64,000 nucleotides of DNA from a bacterium. GTDB taxonomy: Bacteria; SAR324; NAC60-12. Positions 61,543 through 64,000 of this stretch are shown piece after piece. The notes beneath the pieces were generated by a model that saw nothing but the letters and a program-made list of their open reading frames with translations, was not told the DNA's origin and ran no database searches. The stretch spans positions 1,088,001-1,152,000 of the forward strand of contig OZ242383.1 of the NCBI GenBank assembly GCA_965209155.1, read 5' to 3'. Every line of letters starts with the position of its first letter. Within the stretch, counting starts at the first letter, position 1. A program made the position numbers and the translations under genes.

Positions 61543-63339
61543 CTAATGACCCATTGCTGCCTTCAGCTCACTATCAATCCACAGGCGGGATAAGAAGACA
61601 TAGTCATTGCTTCCAAATTCGGCTTCACCGTTATAACCTATGACCCACGGCTGGGTCACAGCAAAAAGAGGAACTCTCGGACCCACGATCCACCAGTGCT
61701 TCTCTATGATGTACATATCTGCCTCGTTAACCAGCCTCATCTGCTCCTCAACGGTGGTAGCTGAGGCGGCGGCAACATACATGGCGTCATAAATCGGGTC
61801 ATTGACGTTGGGGGGGTTCCATCCTGATTTCGAGTAAGCCAGACTTATTGAGCCGATAGGGGGAGTATCGCGGTTGGAAACTTCAGTAAGCATACCTTGT
61901 CGTATCTCAGGGTCACCCTTAAGAGCGAGATGAGAAGCTCGGTCTTTTACCTCCATCTCTATACCAATGCCAATCGCACGCAAGTATTCCATGACTGTCA
62001 GGTAATAATTTAAATCGTAGGGCTCGTAGTGCTCATAGACAGTCTGGAATCGAATGCCGTCGGCGCCGCGCGGATATCCAGCCTCATCAAGCAACGCTTC
62101 GGCCCCTGCCGGGTCATACCTGTAGGTTTTCTTGATTTCTTCGGGCCACTCTTCAAATGGGGTGGTATACTCCATAAGAGCTCTCCCTACAGGCCCCGTA
62201 GGCGTCGTATCTGCCCAACCCTGCATGTACGTCTGGTTAATTGTCTCGAGGTCGATTGCCATCTGTATTGCCTGGCGCACCCTGATGTCGTTCCAGGGTG
62301 CCTTCTGGTTGTCAAAAGTCATAGCCGTTTCGGCAAAATAAGAAAACGGCCACAGGTTCAGTTCGGGGTTGGTCCGCTGGAGGCTCATTGCCGCGTCGAC
62401 ACTAGTTAATTGAGACTGGCCCGCCTTACCGATGAAATCAGCCTTACCCGAGCGCATTAACGCCAGAATTGTCGCTCTTTCCTTCATAACCAGGGCCCTT
62501 ATCTCGTCAACATAGGGCAGACGGTTCTCCGGGTATTTTTCGTCGAAGCCCCAGTAGTCAGGATTCTTGGTATAGGTGGCAGAGCTGCCCTCCACCCAGT
62601 CAGTCAGCTCAAAGGGCCCGGTACCGACCACATTCCTCCAATCCGTAACGTCGCCGTATTGCTCGATTACCTCGGGGGCTAATACCAAATTAGGCTCCTG
62701 GACCGTGATGTCCTTCAGCGTACCGGGAATTGGCTCCTTCAGCTTAAAAACAACCGTCCATTTGTCGGTGGCCGTTACCGATTCAATATTCAAGAGCCCT
62801 TCAGAATTCTTGACATAGGGGTAGAGGGGTGCATTCCCGGCCGGTTCGGTGAAACCGCTGCCGAGTCCCCAGATACGGTGTTGGTTGTACTCGATATCGG
62901 AGGCAGTCAGCTCCCGACCGTTCATCGGTGCCTTATTATGCCAGTGAACGCCCTTACGGATTTTGAAGATATAAGTTGCGGCGTCGGGCATTTCCCAGCT
63001 TTCAGCCAGCCGCCCTATAATGGCAGATTCAGGGAGCCAAATTGTTCTATAGTCATGTACGTCCCTATCTAATGCCCAGTTCGGGATGCCTAGCTTCTCA
63101 TTAACGAGCCCGATAGCGTGTGACGCGATGAGCACGATAGCGGGGTCAATACTCCCAGGCTCGAGCATGTTGACGTAAGTCAACGTACCGCCGTACTCTG
63201 GTGCGGTCACTACCTTACCGGTACTGGGGTCCGTCACATACTTCTGGGCTGCAGCCGGGCTGACCCAAAAGGCGGCCACCATCAGGGTGAGGGACAGCAG
63301 GATTGCACTGAAGGTTGATCTGCTTTTTTGATTTTCCAT
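61543..63339 (-). CDS. Family 5 ABC substrate-binding protein
   Basis: Paralog of 39576-41369; signal peptide after MENQKS; alternative in-frame starts upstream. Confidence 0.9.
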   Translation of the reverse strand: MENQKSRSTFSAILLSLTLMVAAFWVSPAAAQKYVTDPSTGKVVTAPEYGGTLTYVNMLEPGSIDPAIVLIASHAIGLVNEKLGIPNWALDRDVHDYRTIWLPESAIIGRLAESWEMPDAATYIFKIRKGVHWHNKAPMNGRELTASDIEYNQHRIWGLGSGFTEPAGNAPLYPYVKNSEGLLNIESVTATDKWTVVFKLKEPIPGTLKDITVQEPNLVLAPEVIEQYGDVTDWRNVVGTGPFELTDWVEGSSATYTKNPDYWGFDEKYPENRLPYVDEIRALVMKERATILALMRSGKADFIGKAGQSQLTSVDAAMSLQRTNPELNLWPFSYFAETAMTFDNQKAPWNDIRVRQAIQMAIDLETINQTYMQGWADTTPTGPVGRALMEYTTPFEEWPEEIKKTYRYDPAGAEALLDEAGYPRGADGIRFQTVYEHYEPYDLNYYLTVMEYLRAIGIGIEMEVKDRASHLALKGDPEIRQGMLTEVSNRDTPPIGSISLAYSKSGWNPPNVNDPIYDAMYVAAASATTVEEQMRLVNEADMYIIEKHWWIVGPRVPLFAVTQPWVIGYNGEAEFGSNDYVFLSRLWIDSELKAAMGH

Positions 63340-63778
63340 CTTTTTCCTTTCTGCGTTTTGATTAAAAACAAGATTTTGGATTGCTTTAAAACCTGCTTTC
63401 TTTCCCGAAAGCACGTTCTCAACGATGCTTTTACTTTTTTGACAGTTCATGGTGCTCCTTTCTGCGTTTTGATTAAAAACAAGATTGCGGGTTGCTTTAA
63501 AACCTGCTTTCGTTCCCGAAAGCACGTTCTTGACGATTTCTCTACACATGGGGTCTCCTTCATTTTGGAGTGATCAAAAAAACCGATTCATTGGCTCCAC
63601 GATGGGGCAATGAACCCTGAGCTTTCAATTTGCTCTAGGCATTTCCATCGGCTGAAATGATAGTGAGAAAGCGCTCCTCTCATTAGTTGAGGAGTATGGG
63701 AGCGGGGAAGCTTGAGCCCCCGCGCCAAGGCCCCCCGACTCCCTTTTTCCATGAGCTAAGCCAGAAGGGGTGAAACCC

Positions 63779-64000
63779 CTAATGACCCATTTCTTTCTTC
63801 ATCTCACTATCAATCCAGAGGCGGGCGAAAATGGTTTGCACTTGCAGTCCTCCCATACCACCTTCGCCGCCATACCCTGTGACCCATGGCTGGGTCACAG
63901 TAAACAGTGGGGCCTCAGGACCCCATATTCGCCAGAACCTCTCTATCGAGTACATATCCATCTCTTTTATCATCTCCTTCAGCTGCTCAAAGGAGGTGGC
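63779..64000 (-). CDS. Family 5 ABC substrate-binding protein, 3' end (partial)
   Basis: TQPWVTGYGGE...ARLWIDSEMKKEMGH*. Confidence 0.85.
   Translation of the reverse strand, partial: ATSFEQLKEMIKEMDMYSIERFWRIWGPEAPLFTVTQPWVTGYGGEGGMGGLQVQTIFARLWIDSEMKKEMGH

Overview
Bacterial chromosomal window in two parts. The gene set suggests a Deltaproteobacteria/SAR324-like organism, but that is a weak inference. Part 1 (~1.4-34.4 kb) is an accessory, defence-rich region. It is organised by nine co-oriented copies of an internally deleted Y1/REP-associated tyrosine transposase (RAYT-like) gene, bounded where intact by the inverted repeat GGGGTCTGGCTTGAA...TTCAAGCCAGACCCC. These copies alternate with cargo: a Type IIG/ISP-like RM gene, an MT-A70 + N4-C methyltransferase + unknown-gene triplet, three copies of an Rpn-like gene, an aquaporin, an XcyI-like RM pair, a three-gene metallo-hydrolase operon and others. 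Three 698-nt ORF-less group II introns sit at the same nucleotide of that inverted repeat. A REP mosaic array lies next to the first copy, and the region also holds a complete four-gene IS21 with a 5-bp target duplication and several IS fragments. The layout resembles an integron-like cassette array built on a RAYT-derived site and is the best candidate for an undescribed system. Part 2 (~34.4-64 kb) is mostly ordinary: rmuC, peptide ABC transporters, dksA-like, rsmB, a multiheme cytochrome, a cobalamin operon with gene fusions, RND efflux, a Na/Ca exchanger and plsY. All calls come from reading the sequence by eye; no searches were run.
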